Source: Negaprion brevirostris
Lineage: Eukaryota
Reading direction: 5' to 3'
NCBI GenBank assembly: GCA_030324005.1
Contig: JARDVH010000073.1
Span: forward strand, 80,449,127 to 80,513,126
Length of the DNA stretch: 64,000 nt
Positions 53,981 through 64,000 of this stretch are shown here, one piece after another; positions within the stretch are counted from its first letter, which is position 1, and each line of letters starts with the position of its first letter. The translations under genes were made by a program, and so were the position numbers. The notes under the pieces are model-generated. The model saw only the letters and a program-made list of their open reading frames with translations. It had not been told where the DNA came from and made no database searches.

Positions 53981-56019
53981 CATTACGTGTCCTATGCAGC
54001 CGCAATTATCGTTCACCTCACATCAAAGAGCTTTATAAGAGGCAGTGCTGAACTCTAAGAAATAAAAGGCCTGATGGAAAAAGAGACAAGATTCATCTTG
54101 AAGAGGCATGCTTTTTAGGAGACTTAATAAGGTTAGCAGAGATGTACCTAAGTAAACTGGCTCAGGAGGTTGCCCAGACATAATGGCTTAAAGACGAGTC
54201 TGCAATCGTAATTCACAATAGGTGAGGGTTGCCATCTGTATCAACTGAAGTTAAGTTCATACAGGTGGAGGGCATATATTGGATTGTTACTAAAGCACAT
54301 ATAAAGAGAGAGACATACAAAACTGGAGTTGAATCAAGAGATACATGCCTACAGTGTTTCAGTCTGTGAATATATCTGTTCCACGTGAAGACTGGCTTTG
54401 GATTCTTTCTTCACCAACTGGCCAACAGGACTATAACAAGGGCAAACCATATCTTGAGTCAGGATCCATTGGATCTTAAAGTCCTGCTCCAAGAATGCAA
54501 CCTCAGACAGCTGGTGGTTGTGAATGCAAAGTTGGAAGAGATTTTCTATATAGAGTTGCCAGAGTAATTCAAAATGAGGATCAGGGATTCTGAAGTCAAT
54601 GTGCAGAACCACAGAAAACAAGTGGATTTGGGGCAGTGTGGAAGTTGTGTGTCCGGGATTAAGTGCTGGAGACACCGATGCTACAGAGTTTAAATTCTGT
54701 AGTTTATAGCCAAACCCAAGTTCTAATAAGTGAGATTATTCTACCACTAGACAAAATCTACAAGTCATAAGAGAATTTGTGTCACAATGGGGAGAATTTT
54801 AATAATCTCTTGAAAGCTGGTTTTGAGGCATGGGAGCAAGGGTAACACAAGAAAAATGTTCTCTGCAGGTTCCCCAATGTCTTGCTGCCTCCTCTGGCTT
54901 TTCCAGTCTGCTGAGGGGAGGGCTACCTCTAGGGAATCAGCCATGTCCCTGATGCCTCAAGTTTTGGGTGGGGAAGGGAAGAATTGTCAGTTAGCTTCTG
55001 ATAGTAAGTCTCATTGGCCTTTGAAGACCCCTTAACTGCCTACCTGCTACTCTCAGGCAGGAAGCCCAACCCTGTATCTCTCTTGCCTTAGGGAAGATGG
55101 CTCGGGGCTGGGATTTAGCAGCAAATTCGTATGACAATCCAGAGCAAAAATTTCTACATCCACCCACCTTTGCACTTCCCTCCATTGGGATCTTAAAGTC
55201 CTACTCCAAGAATGCAACCTCAGACAGCAGTTGCTTGCAAGACCCACACTGATATTTTTCTACCCCTTGTATGAAAATCAGTTGAATTAGCAAGGTGATG
55301 TAACGTTTATACCCAATGAAATTTCCACATTCGTGAGTGTGATAAAGATACTTTTATAATGGATAAAGGTGCTTTTGTTTCAACACAGCACTGAAAAAGA
55401 TCTCTCCTTTCCACATGTGATGTTCACTATGTCTAAAGATTTGCAGTGGCTACTACTGAGTATCATGAATATTGGATAATTGTTTTCCTTTGCAATTGTA
55501 CAAAGATAACAAGCATGCTGTGATGGATCGGCAGGTCGCTAATTTTATTTTTCCAGCAATGCAATACTCATTACTGCTCTCTCTATGATTATAATGTTTA
55601 AAGGCAACCCTCACAGCCAAATCAGAAAAATAACTGCACTAGTTGATCTAATTCTCAATTTAGTCAGTATAAAGGTTTAAGCAGAATGAACCCCCATAAC
55701 AAAGAAGAGAATGAGTACATAACATTGGAAATTTTGACAGCTAGGTTATGAGAAACTGGTAAATTGCCTGCTTGGCAGGATCATTTATTTTGTAAACTAA
55801 CCACAGGACGAAGTTCTGAATTAACAAGAGAAAAAGAAACATCTGTATTTATAAAACACCTTAATACTGTTAGAAAGTTTTTCCATTCTTTACATGCAGC
55901 AAATAACAATGAAAAATATTCTATGTAATTATATATGGTGCATAATGTAAGTATCAAATTAATAGACTAAATTATGAATTCTGTGTAATGTAAAATGATT
56001 GTAGTTATGCTGTGTAATA

Positions 56020-56428
56020 TAGTTGTTGGTAGTACAGAGCTCAAATATTGCTGAAAAAAAAAGGTACTTTGTCAAAGCTTTCTGTCTTGCAGTCATCCGA
56101 ACAATCGCAAGGATATCAATGTCAGGGGTAATAAGTTTATATTATAAAATAAAGTGTTACTTAATTGTCAAGTGGACTCTGGTAGGTAGAGGCCATGGAC
56201 AATGCGCTAGTTAATGGTCAAGCACTGTTTGAAAATTTAGATCAGGCAGTTTGGCTCTGATTGGTCAAAGCATTGTCTAGAGTAATGAACCAGTGAATGG
56301 CTATCATTTATTTTTTTTTAGCTGAAAGAGGCATAAAATAGAGCTGTTGGCATTTGTCCTGACGTTCGTATTCTTGCAATTGTCCTATTGAATATAAGCT
56401 TTAACACATTTCTTTCTTCAGCAATATA
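56020..56428. repeat. Second copy of the palindromic Penelope-derived repeat
   Basis: TGGTAGTACAGAGCTCAAATATTGCTGAAAAAA...TTTCTTCAGCAATAT; termini inverted and similar to 53635-53980. Confidence 0.65.
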
Positions 56429-57619
56429 TTGCATCAAATCTCCTCACATATTCAAATTAAATTCCACACTGAACTCTGTGCAGGGTAAAATTGTGCATAT
56501 GTAATATTTAACCAGTCAAATTCATTACTGGCTCTTAATGCCTAGAAACCTATTGATGGAAGCAATCATAACAGAATTAGACCATACATGAATCTTTTTA
56601 CCTTTTGAATTATTTTATACCTTTGCATCCGCCTTCAGGATTTCTGCTTCTCAAACAACTAGTAAAGTAGAAAATTAACTTTTTTTTTAGCCTCTAGTTT
56701 TCTATTATATTCTCCTAAAGAAAATGATTCCTTGCTGGGACATAGTTCCACGGGGAGAGGCCAGCCATTTCCTACCTCGACCAAGTGGTCACCCTTCCTA
56801 AGTGAGTTCAGTGTCTAAACATCAGTCAGCTATATGATAAAGAACAATTCTAATGTTGGATATATCTTTGCATGCTGTTTCTTCCTTTTGCTCCACACCA
56901 GCCATTTACCACGATAGGTTTGTTCAGAAGTTTTTCCACTGCCTTATCAATATGATGCTTTACACCTTTTAACAATTTCTTTAAGCAGATTCCATGCAGA
57001 TCGCATGTTTCTTTGATTGGAGTTTTTGTTATTTGCCGCTCCTCCACTTTTTTTCTACCGTTACTAAACTTCTTGTCAAACTATCAGTTTTTGATACTGA
57101 GAAAGGGTTGTCCTCAAGCTTTATCTTGCATTTTCTTTTCACAGTTACTGACTGGCCAGCTATTTATTTCTAGAATTTTCTGTTTTTGTTTCAGAGTTCC
57201 AGCACTTTATTTATTATTTATATTACTTGTTTATCCCTAGCTATTGTCATTGAAACTAATGGTGATTCCTGTTGTTGGTTGATGGGTTTCCAACTTAAAT
57301 GGACATTTCAATCGCACCAGTTTTCCACCCCAAATGATACTTAGACATACTTTGGGAAAATTCTGCCCAATGTCTTCCGAATTGAAATGCACATTTTATT
57401 CATTGTACCTGCAGAATAACGTAATATAAAAGCGCAAAGACCTGTAAGCCTAAGATATGTCGCCTATAATTAGTTACCTACATCCTATGGAACAATCAAT
57501 TTTTGCTATGTATGCATTTTGTGAGAGGATTATGTTACTCATTTTTAACAAACAACTGAATGCTGCATTGAATGCAGTGAAGCTTTGCCATCTGTAGAAT
57601 TAAACTGACCAACTTTAAT

Positions 57620-58520
57620 CATAAGAACATAAAAACATAAGAAATAGGAGCAGGAGTAGGCCATCTAGCCCCTCGAGCCTGCCCCACCATTCATTAAGAT
57701 CATGGCTGATCTGTCGTGTCTCAGTTCCACATTCCCGCCCTCTCCCCATAACCCTTAATCCCCTCGCCTATNNNNNNNNNNNNNNNNNNNNNNNNNNNNN
57801 NNNNNNNNNNNNNNNNNNNNNNNNNNNNNNNNNNNNNNNNNNNNNNNNNNNNNNNNNNNNNNNNNNNNNNNNNNNNNNNNNNNNNNNNNNNNNNNNNNNN
57901 NNNNNNNNNNNNNNNNNNNNNNNNNNNNNNNNNNNNNNNNNNNNNNNNNNNNNNNNNNNNNNNNNNNNNNNNNNNNNNNNNNNNNNNNNNNNNNNNNNNN
58001 NNNNNNNNNNNNNNNNNNNNNNNNNNNNNNNNNNNNNNNNNNNNNNNNNNNNNNNNNNNNNNNNNNNNNNNNNNNNNNNNNNNNNNNNNNNNNNNNNNNN
58101 NNNNNNNNNNNNNNNNNNNNNNNNNNNNNNNNNNNNNNNNNNNNNNNNNNNNNNNNNNNNNNNNNNNNNNNNNNNNNNNNNNNNNNNNNNNNNNNNNNNN
58201 NNNNNNNNNNNNNNNNNNNNNNNNNNNNNNNNNNNNNNNNNNNNNNNNNNNNNNNNNNNNNNNNNNNNNNNNNNNNNNNNNNNNNNNNNNNNNNNNNNNN
58301 NNNNNNNNNNNNNNNNNNNNNNNNNNNNNNNNNNNNNNNNNNNNNNNNNNNNNNNNNNNNNNNNNNNNNNNNNNNNNNNNNNNNNNNNNNNNNNNNNNNN
58401 NNNNNTGTGAACCTCCTCTGGTCTCTTTCCAAGGCCAGCACATCCTTCCTAGATATGGGGCACAAAACTGCTCACAAATGGGGTCTGACCAGACCCTTAC
58501 ACAGCCTCAGAAGTACATTC
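57620..58520 (-). mobile_element. CR1 LINE 3' part spanning gap 57772-58405
   Basis: Tail AAGAACATAAGAAATAGGAGCAGG and GIKGYGERAG on the left; RKDVLALERDQRRFT on the right. Confidence 0.85.
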
Positions 58521-58550
58521 CCTTACGATCCAGGTCTCAGTCTTGAATGG

Positions 58551-59230
58551 TGTTGTGGTTCAGATCAGAAACTCCAAAGTGTTTTATGGAGCCTGCCTGA
58601 ATCATAAGTTTTGCATCTTGAATTTGACTAGAATAAGTATGAGGTGGTTCACCTCAGATATGATTCAAGTGACCCACTAGGGAGCTTTTATCAAATAATG
58701 TTTATTTAAGAATATAATCAGCATGTATTTTAAGAAAATTAGCAAGAACTTTTATCAATTACAAGCAAAAACAATAATGTGTAGCCCTTAACCGATGTTC
58801 CAACCAAAACCAACATCCAGTAAACAAAACCTTTCAAACAGATTTATCAGTGTGCAGGTTAAAGGTCACATGATACTGGAATTCAGTTCCCTATGTGGAA
58901 TGGTGATTTCAAATGATCTCGAAAACTCAGAGCAGCTTGTAGTCATCAGCTCCCCAAAACACCAAAACATAGATTATTTACTGGAGTGTGTCAATAAGCC
59001 TTTCTTTCAGCTAACTGATTAAACTTTCAAAGCACAACAGAGAGAGAGAGAGACTTCTTTTCCAGCTTGCTTCCAAGGTTGTCTCTAACCCTGCAGCCTA
59101 AACAAAACAAAGAACAACCCTTGTCACCTGACTGGCATACAGTTTTTTTTTCTCCTCCCTTCAATGACATCGCCTAAGACTGCGAGCATGATTTTAAAAA
59201 AACTTTTCTTAAAGGGACACCGACATGACA
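58551..59230 (-). mobile_element. Solo LTR (680 bp) with 4-bp target-site duplication ATGG
   Basis: Termini TGTTGTG...CATGACA (TG..CA, imperfect inverted). ATGG at both 58547-58550 and 59231-59234. Minus-strand AATAAA at 58706-58701. Confidence 0.8.
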
Positions 59231-59249
59231 ATGGTCTGAATAAGTCAGC

Positions 59250-59600
59250 ACCCACGATTCCTTGAAGCTGATTCAAAGATTCCCGACCTCCCCGGTGCAC
59301 AAATTTCTCCTCGTCTCAGCTCAAAATTTCCTGAGTTTATGACCTCCTAGTTTTAGGGCGAAATTTTCCCATTGCTCCTGTCATGAGAATTGTAGCGGGC
59401 AGGAGGGCGGACCATGCAAAGAAATTTCCGGTCTAGGGATGTGCTCAGATGGAAACCCTCTTTAGTCTCCCCGGTCAGGAGAAACGAACACTTGGTATCT
59501 TCCCGTCAAACTCTTGAAGAATTTCATACATTCCAATGTGAACACCTCACATCTGTGTCGACTCCAAAGGCTATAAGCCAATTCTACTCAATGTAAGATA
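59250..59600 (-). mobile_element. Old CR1 3' fragment interrupted by a MITE piece (59355-~59430)
   Basis: AAATTTCTCCTCGTCTCAG..TTATGACCTCCTAGTTTTA|..|TTTAGTCTCCCCGGTCAGGAGAAAC resembles 40785-40880. Confidence 0.5.
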
Positions 59601-59666
59601 ATGCTGCTATCACTGGGTCAGCTGATAATAAATAATATTGTTTCTCTTGTTTATATTCTAGTCTAA

Positions 59667-59856
59667 ATGCCTCCACTGCACAGTTTTGGAGAAATGACTG
59701 CTCCTCGGGACATAGTTGAGGATGGATCTGAAGGGGCTGTTGGACTGAAGGTCTATCTCTACCACCCCACCACTCACCCTGGTGGAAGCACCTTGGATTT
59801 CAGCTCCGGAGCGTACACAGCGGAGGAACTTTGTATTCTGGCAGCAAAGGCAAGCG
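59667..59856 (+). CDS. First coding exon of a JAK2/JAK3-type Janus kinase (FERM F1 lobe N-terminus); exon 59662-59856
   Basis: MPPLHSFGEM...GLKVYLYHPTTHPGGSTLDFSSGAYTAEELCILAAKAS-G aligns by eye to JAK2 LQVYLYHS...[22 protein letters not shown] and JAK3 ...AEDLCVQAAKASG. Polypyrimidine tract plus TAG acceptor at 59659-59661, ATG at 59667. Phase-1 GTGAGT donor at 59857 splits the conserved Gly, as I recall for JAK2/JAK3 genes. Confidence 0.85.
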
Positions 59857-60050
59857 GTGAGTGTTGTGATGTGCCTTTAAGGGATATCGGCATGACATCA
59901 GAAGGAGAAACCAGCCTTGGTTTCACTTAGCTTTGAGCCGACCACACACGCATAGCTCTGATGCCTTCAAGATTTCTACCCATGTATAACTGTTCTCATG
60001 TACCTAGTCTTAATAAATGAGCCCAGAACATGTTTACCTATTCCTTTATG

Positions 60051-60376
60051 ATAGAGTCATAGAATCCCTACAGTGCAGAAGGAGGCCATTTGGCCCATCG
60101 AGCCTGGACTGATCACAATCCCACCCAGGCCGTATCCCCATGACCCCATGCATTTATCCTAACTAGTCCTCCGACACTAAGGGACAATCTAGTATGGCCA
60201 ATCCACCTAACCCGCACATCTTTAGAGTGTGGAAGGAAACTGGAGCAACTGGAGGAAACCCACGCAGGCACGGGGAGAATGTGCAAACTCAACACAGGCA
60301 GTGACCCAAGCCAGGAATTGAATCTGAGTCCCTGGCACAGTGAGTCAGCAGTGCTAACCACTGTGCCGCACCATAC
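60051..60376 (-). mobile_element. HE1-like V-SINE, near full length
   Basis: Tail ATAGAGTCATAGAATCCCTACAGTGCAGAAGGAGGCC; head GTGGTATGGTGCGGCACAGTGGTTAGCACTGC. Confidence 0.9.
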
Positions 60377-60929
60377 CACGAATATCCATACATATTTGAA
60401 AAAAAAACAATGGAAGTAGTGTTGAAAGTCAGGCAAACAGCAGTGGAATTCCCATCTTCAATAATTAAGATGGTTTCAACTCAGGAACTACAGACCAGTT
60501 AACTAAAAGTCAGTGGGCAGAAAGATATTAGAATCCTCGCTAAATCAGATCAGGTAACAAAAGTTAGAATGAACTTGAAAGATCAACTTTCTTGAACTTT
60601 TTGAAGAAACCACAGAGAGAATACTCAAGGGAAAATGCAATCGTTGTCATATCATTTCATTCATAAAGTGCAAAATAACAGACTTATAATGGTGGACAAA
60701 AATAATGTTGTCAGAAAACGCAGGTGAGTATATGTAACAATAGGTAATAGGTAATGGTTCCTTTTGGTAAGAAAAATAAGAGATGCACTTACTCATTGGA
60801 ACGTAAGGAACTAAATGGGGTAAAAGAGCAGAGGTTTGGCTCATGAAGAACACAGTTGGGCCAAATGCAGTGTTTCTGTGTTGCAAATTCCAAGAATTTG
60901 TTACATGAGTCGATTAAGTAGCAACATAA

Positions 60930-61850
60930 GTAAATGAGGTCATGAAGTGTGCAAACAAAATATCTGGGCTCATTCTGAGGTAACATTAAAATTATGAAGG
61001 GCCTTAGTTAGATCCCACTGGGGAGTTCTATTAGCAGTCCTGGCCTTCATACTTTAAGAAGAAATAATGGAAAGACATTGCCAGAATTGAAAGAGTACAA
61101 CTCTCAGAAATAAGGAGAACTTGGCTCTTTTCTCTGGAAGAGAGAAAATTATGAGATAGAGGTCCTTAAAATTATGAAGAGGTCCTTAAAATTATCGAAT
61201 AATAGAATCCCTACAGTGCAGAAGGAAGCCATTTAGCCCATCGAGTCTGCACCAACAACAATCCCACCCTGGCCCTTTTCCTGTAAACCCATGTATTTAA
61301 ATTGCTAATCCCATGACATAAGGGGCAATTTAGCATGTCCAATCCACCTAACCTGCACATCTTTGGTGTGGGAGGAAACCGGAGCACCCAGAGGAAACCC
61401 ACACAGACACAGGAAGAATGTGCAAACTCCACACAGACAGTTATCCAAGGATAGAATTGAATCCGAGTCCCTCACGCTGTGAGGCATCAGTGATAACTAC
61501 TGTGCCGCCCCATGAAGTAATCCAGTAGGACAAATATGAACTAATTGTATCCACTTGTAGGTGTGTTCAGGAAATCATAAATGTAAGATCATAAGTGTGA
61601 TCATAAAATGTAGCAGGTGAAGTAAAGAATTTGGGAGGAATTTCATTATGTAGAGAGTTATGAGAAGTGGAAATTGCTGAGACATTGTTTAAAATAGATA
61701 GTGACACATTTAAGACATGTTCATACATGCACGAGGGAGAATTGAACAGTAGGACTTGGGAAGTGAAGGTTGGGAAAAGGAAGTGAACGAGGGAGGCTTG
61801 TGTAAAGCATAAACACTATCATTGACCAGTTCAACCTGTTTCTGTACTGT
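60930..61850 (+). mobile_element. Old CR1 3' region interrupted by the SINE at 61199
   Basis: KGLVRSHW..WPSYFKK, LFSLEERKLxxxxxEVLKIM and EFHYVESYEKWK-like decayed motifs; tail GACCAGTTCAACCTGTTTCTGTACTGT. Confidence 0.55.
61199..61511 (-). mobile_element. HE1-like V-SINE
   Basis: Highly similar to 60051-60376 along its whole length. Confidence 0.9.
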
Positions 61851-62351
61851 CAACATTATTCCCAATGTCTCAGTTCTATTCTGTTGGTTCTGAATCTTAA
61901 TCCAGCCTTCCTGGTTACAAGAGTGCAGTGTTCAGTGTAGCATTAAGTACATACAAATTCTCATTATATCAAACTTAACAACCAGAAACAGTGCTGAAAG
62001 ACAGAAGCTAAACTGAGATTGCTATGTAGGTTACATAAATCAGCACGGACTGAATTGTAAGAAAAGTCAAAATCCAAGGCTAATCCCTTCGGTTCCTTTG
62101 ATAAAAATACTCTAATAAAGCAAACTCAACCTAATTGAATACCTGACAATAGATGGAATCCCAAGTCACATTTTATATCTCCCATTTCTAAACCATTGTA
62201 GACATTTCATGATTTTTTTTGACCCTTGATATTAAATTGCACATTAATCAATTAACTCCTGCTTTTGATATTTTCAGCTCCACAAAACCCATCTTTTGTT
62301 TCTTTTACTGTCCTATTGCCACTCCTTTTGCTTTCCATCATCATCTCTTTT

Positions 62352-62945
62352 ACGAGGTGTTGCATTTTGGGACGACAAACCAGGGCAAGACTTATACATT
62401 TAATGGTGGGGCTCCGGGAAGTGTTGTCGAACATAGAGACCTAGGGGTGCAGGTACATATTTCCTTGAAAGTGGTGTGTGACGGGAAGACAGAGTGGTGA
62501 AGAAGGTGTTTGGCATATGTGCCTTCATTGGTTAGAGCACTGAGTACAGGATTTGAAACATTACGTTACAACTATTGGTAAGGCTATATTTAGAGCACTG
62601 CATACAATTCTGCTCACTCTGCTATAGGAATGATGTTATTAAACTGGAAATGGTGCAAAAAAAATTTAAAGGACGCTATCGAGACTGGAAGGTTTATATT
62701 ATAAGGAGAGGCTTGATAACTGGATCTTTTTCTCTAGAATGCAGGAGGATGAGGGGTGTTCTTATGGAGCTCTATAAAATCACAAGAGGCATAAGGTGAA
62801 TAGCCAAGGTCTTTTCCCCAGGATAGGGGAGTCCAAAACTAAACGGGGAGGGGGAAACATTTAAAAGGGGTCTGAGGGGCATTTTTTTCAAACAAGAAGG
62901 TGGTGTGTATATGGAATATACCAGAGGAAGTGGTAGAGGCAGGTA
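62352..62945 (+). mobile_element. CR1/HER1-like LINE ORF2 3' fragment
   Basis: EVLHFG..EHRDLGVQVH; LVRLYLEHCIQFCS..DVIKLEMVQKKF..FSLECRRMRG. Confidence 0.88.
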
Positions 62946-62949
62946 ACTT

Positions 62950-64000
62950 AAAATTGACCAGGTATTAGGATTGGATGAGATGCAGCCAAAAATATTGAAG
63001 TAACTGAGAGTGGAAATTGCAGTGGCACTGGTCATAATCTTTCAGTGTTCCCAGGACTCAGGGTGCCAGATGATTGGAGAATTGCAAACATTACACCCTT
63101 GTTGCATGGGTGGCATGGCAGCACAGTGGTTAGCAATGCTGTTTCACAGCTCCAGGTACCTGGGTTCGATTCCCGGCTTGGGTCACTGTCTGTGTGGAGT
63201 TTGCACATTCTCCTCATGTCTGCGTGGCCTTCCTCTGGGTGTTCCGGTTTCCTCCCACAGTCAAAGATGTGTAGATTAGGTTGATTGGCCATGCAAAAGT
63301 TGCCCCGTACGGTCCTGAGATGTGTAGGTTAGAGGAATTAGCGGGTAAATATGTAGGGATTTAGGGGTAGGGCCTGGGTGGGATTGTGGTTGGTGCAGAC
63401 TCAATGGGCCAGATGGCCTCTTTCTGCACTGTAGGGATTCTGTGATTCTTGTTCAAAAAGGTTGTGAGGATAAGTCCAGCAATTACAGACCACTCAGTTT
63501 AATTTCAGTGGGGGGGGGAAAATTCTAAATCAATTATTTGGGATAGATAGTAGTCCCACGGAAAAATGTGGGTTGATTAGGAAGAACAAGTATGGATTAC
63601 TAAAAGGGAAATCATGTTAAACTAACTTGCTGGAGTTCTTTTGAAGGAGTAATGGAAAGGTTGATGAGGGTAATGCTGTTGATATGGTATATATGGACTT
63701 TCAAAAGGCATTCCATGCAATGTCAAACAACAGACGTGTGAGAAAAGTTATAGCGTATAGAATAAAAGGGACAGGAGCAGCATGGATACTAAGTTGGCTG
63801 AATAATAGGAAGCAGCAAGTAACAGTTAATAAGGTACTAGGACGCTTGCTTTTCATGATATATATTAATGATCTAAATCTTGCTAATTAGGGCACACTTT
63901 CAAAATTTGCAAATGACTCAGAATTTGGAAGCATTGTAAACAGAGTTGGACAGCGTAGAACCTCAAAAGCACATTTGGTGGAATGGGCAGATAGGTGATA
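62950..64000 (+). mobile_element. CR1 LINE RT-domain fragment
   Basis: VPDDWRIANITPL|FKKG..PSNYRP; KGKSCLTNLLEFF; VYMDFQKAF; LLFMIYINDL; KFAND. Confidence 0.9.
63104..63447 (+). mobile_element. HE1-like V-SINE inserted in CR1 RT with 6-bp TSD CTTGTT
   Basis: CTTGTT at 63098-63103 and 63448-63453; removing the SINE and one TSD copy restores ITPLFKKG. Confidence 0.92.

Noticed and set aside
58540-58580. VSDL peptide on the minus strand as a possible upstream SYT7 exon
   Set aside because: Continues NHNT rather than VNSLTSEMLM and lies within the solo LTR.
62038-62056. REST/RE1-like site TCAGCACGGACTG
   Set aside because: Half-site spacing is too short and the right half mismatched; similar partial hits elsewhere fall in SINE heads.
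1-64000. CRISPR arrays, rRNA, operon-type prokaryotic systems
   Set aside because: Vertebrate intron/exon DNA; no regularly spaced repeat-spacer array or rRNA motif seen.

Overview
Eukaryotic, repeat-rich DNA from a gapped draft assembly, most likely an elasmobranch: it carries HE1-like V-SINEs, CR1/HER1-like LINEs, a Deu-domain SINE, Penelope-like elements and Harbinger-like MITEs. The main gene is synaptotagmin-7 (SYT7) on the minus strand. Its last five coding exons (52066-51802, 37598-37429, 30687-30573, 25746-25547, 17824-17720) splice in frame with GT-AG boundaries and encode the C2A and C2B domains plus the stop. No upstream SYT7 exon was found, so those presumably lie beyond 64000. 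The most unexpected feature is a clean, splice-bounded first coding exon of a JAK2/JAK3-type Janus kinase (FERM N-terminus, 59662-59856, + strand), antisense inside the inferred SYT7 intron and just downstream of a solo LTR. Other notable items are minimal hammerhead-ribozyme motifs in two families of Penelope-derived repeats, an inverted/tandem Penelope with a diagnostic micro-inversion, and decayed Harbinger and Gypsy elements. All family assignments are by eye against remembered consensus motifs. Repeat boundaries are approximate.
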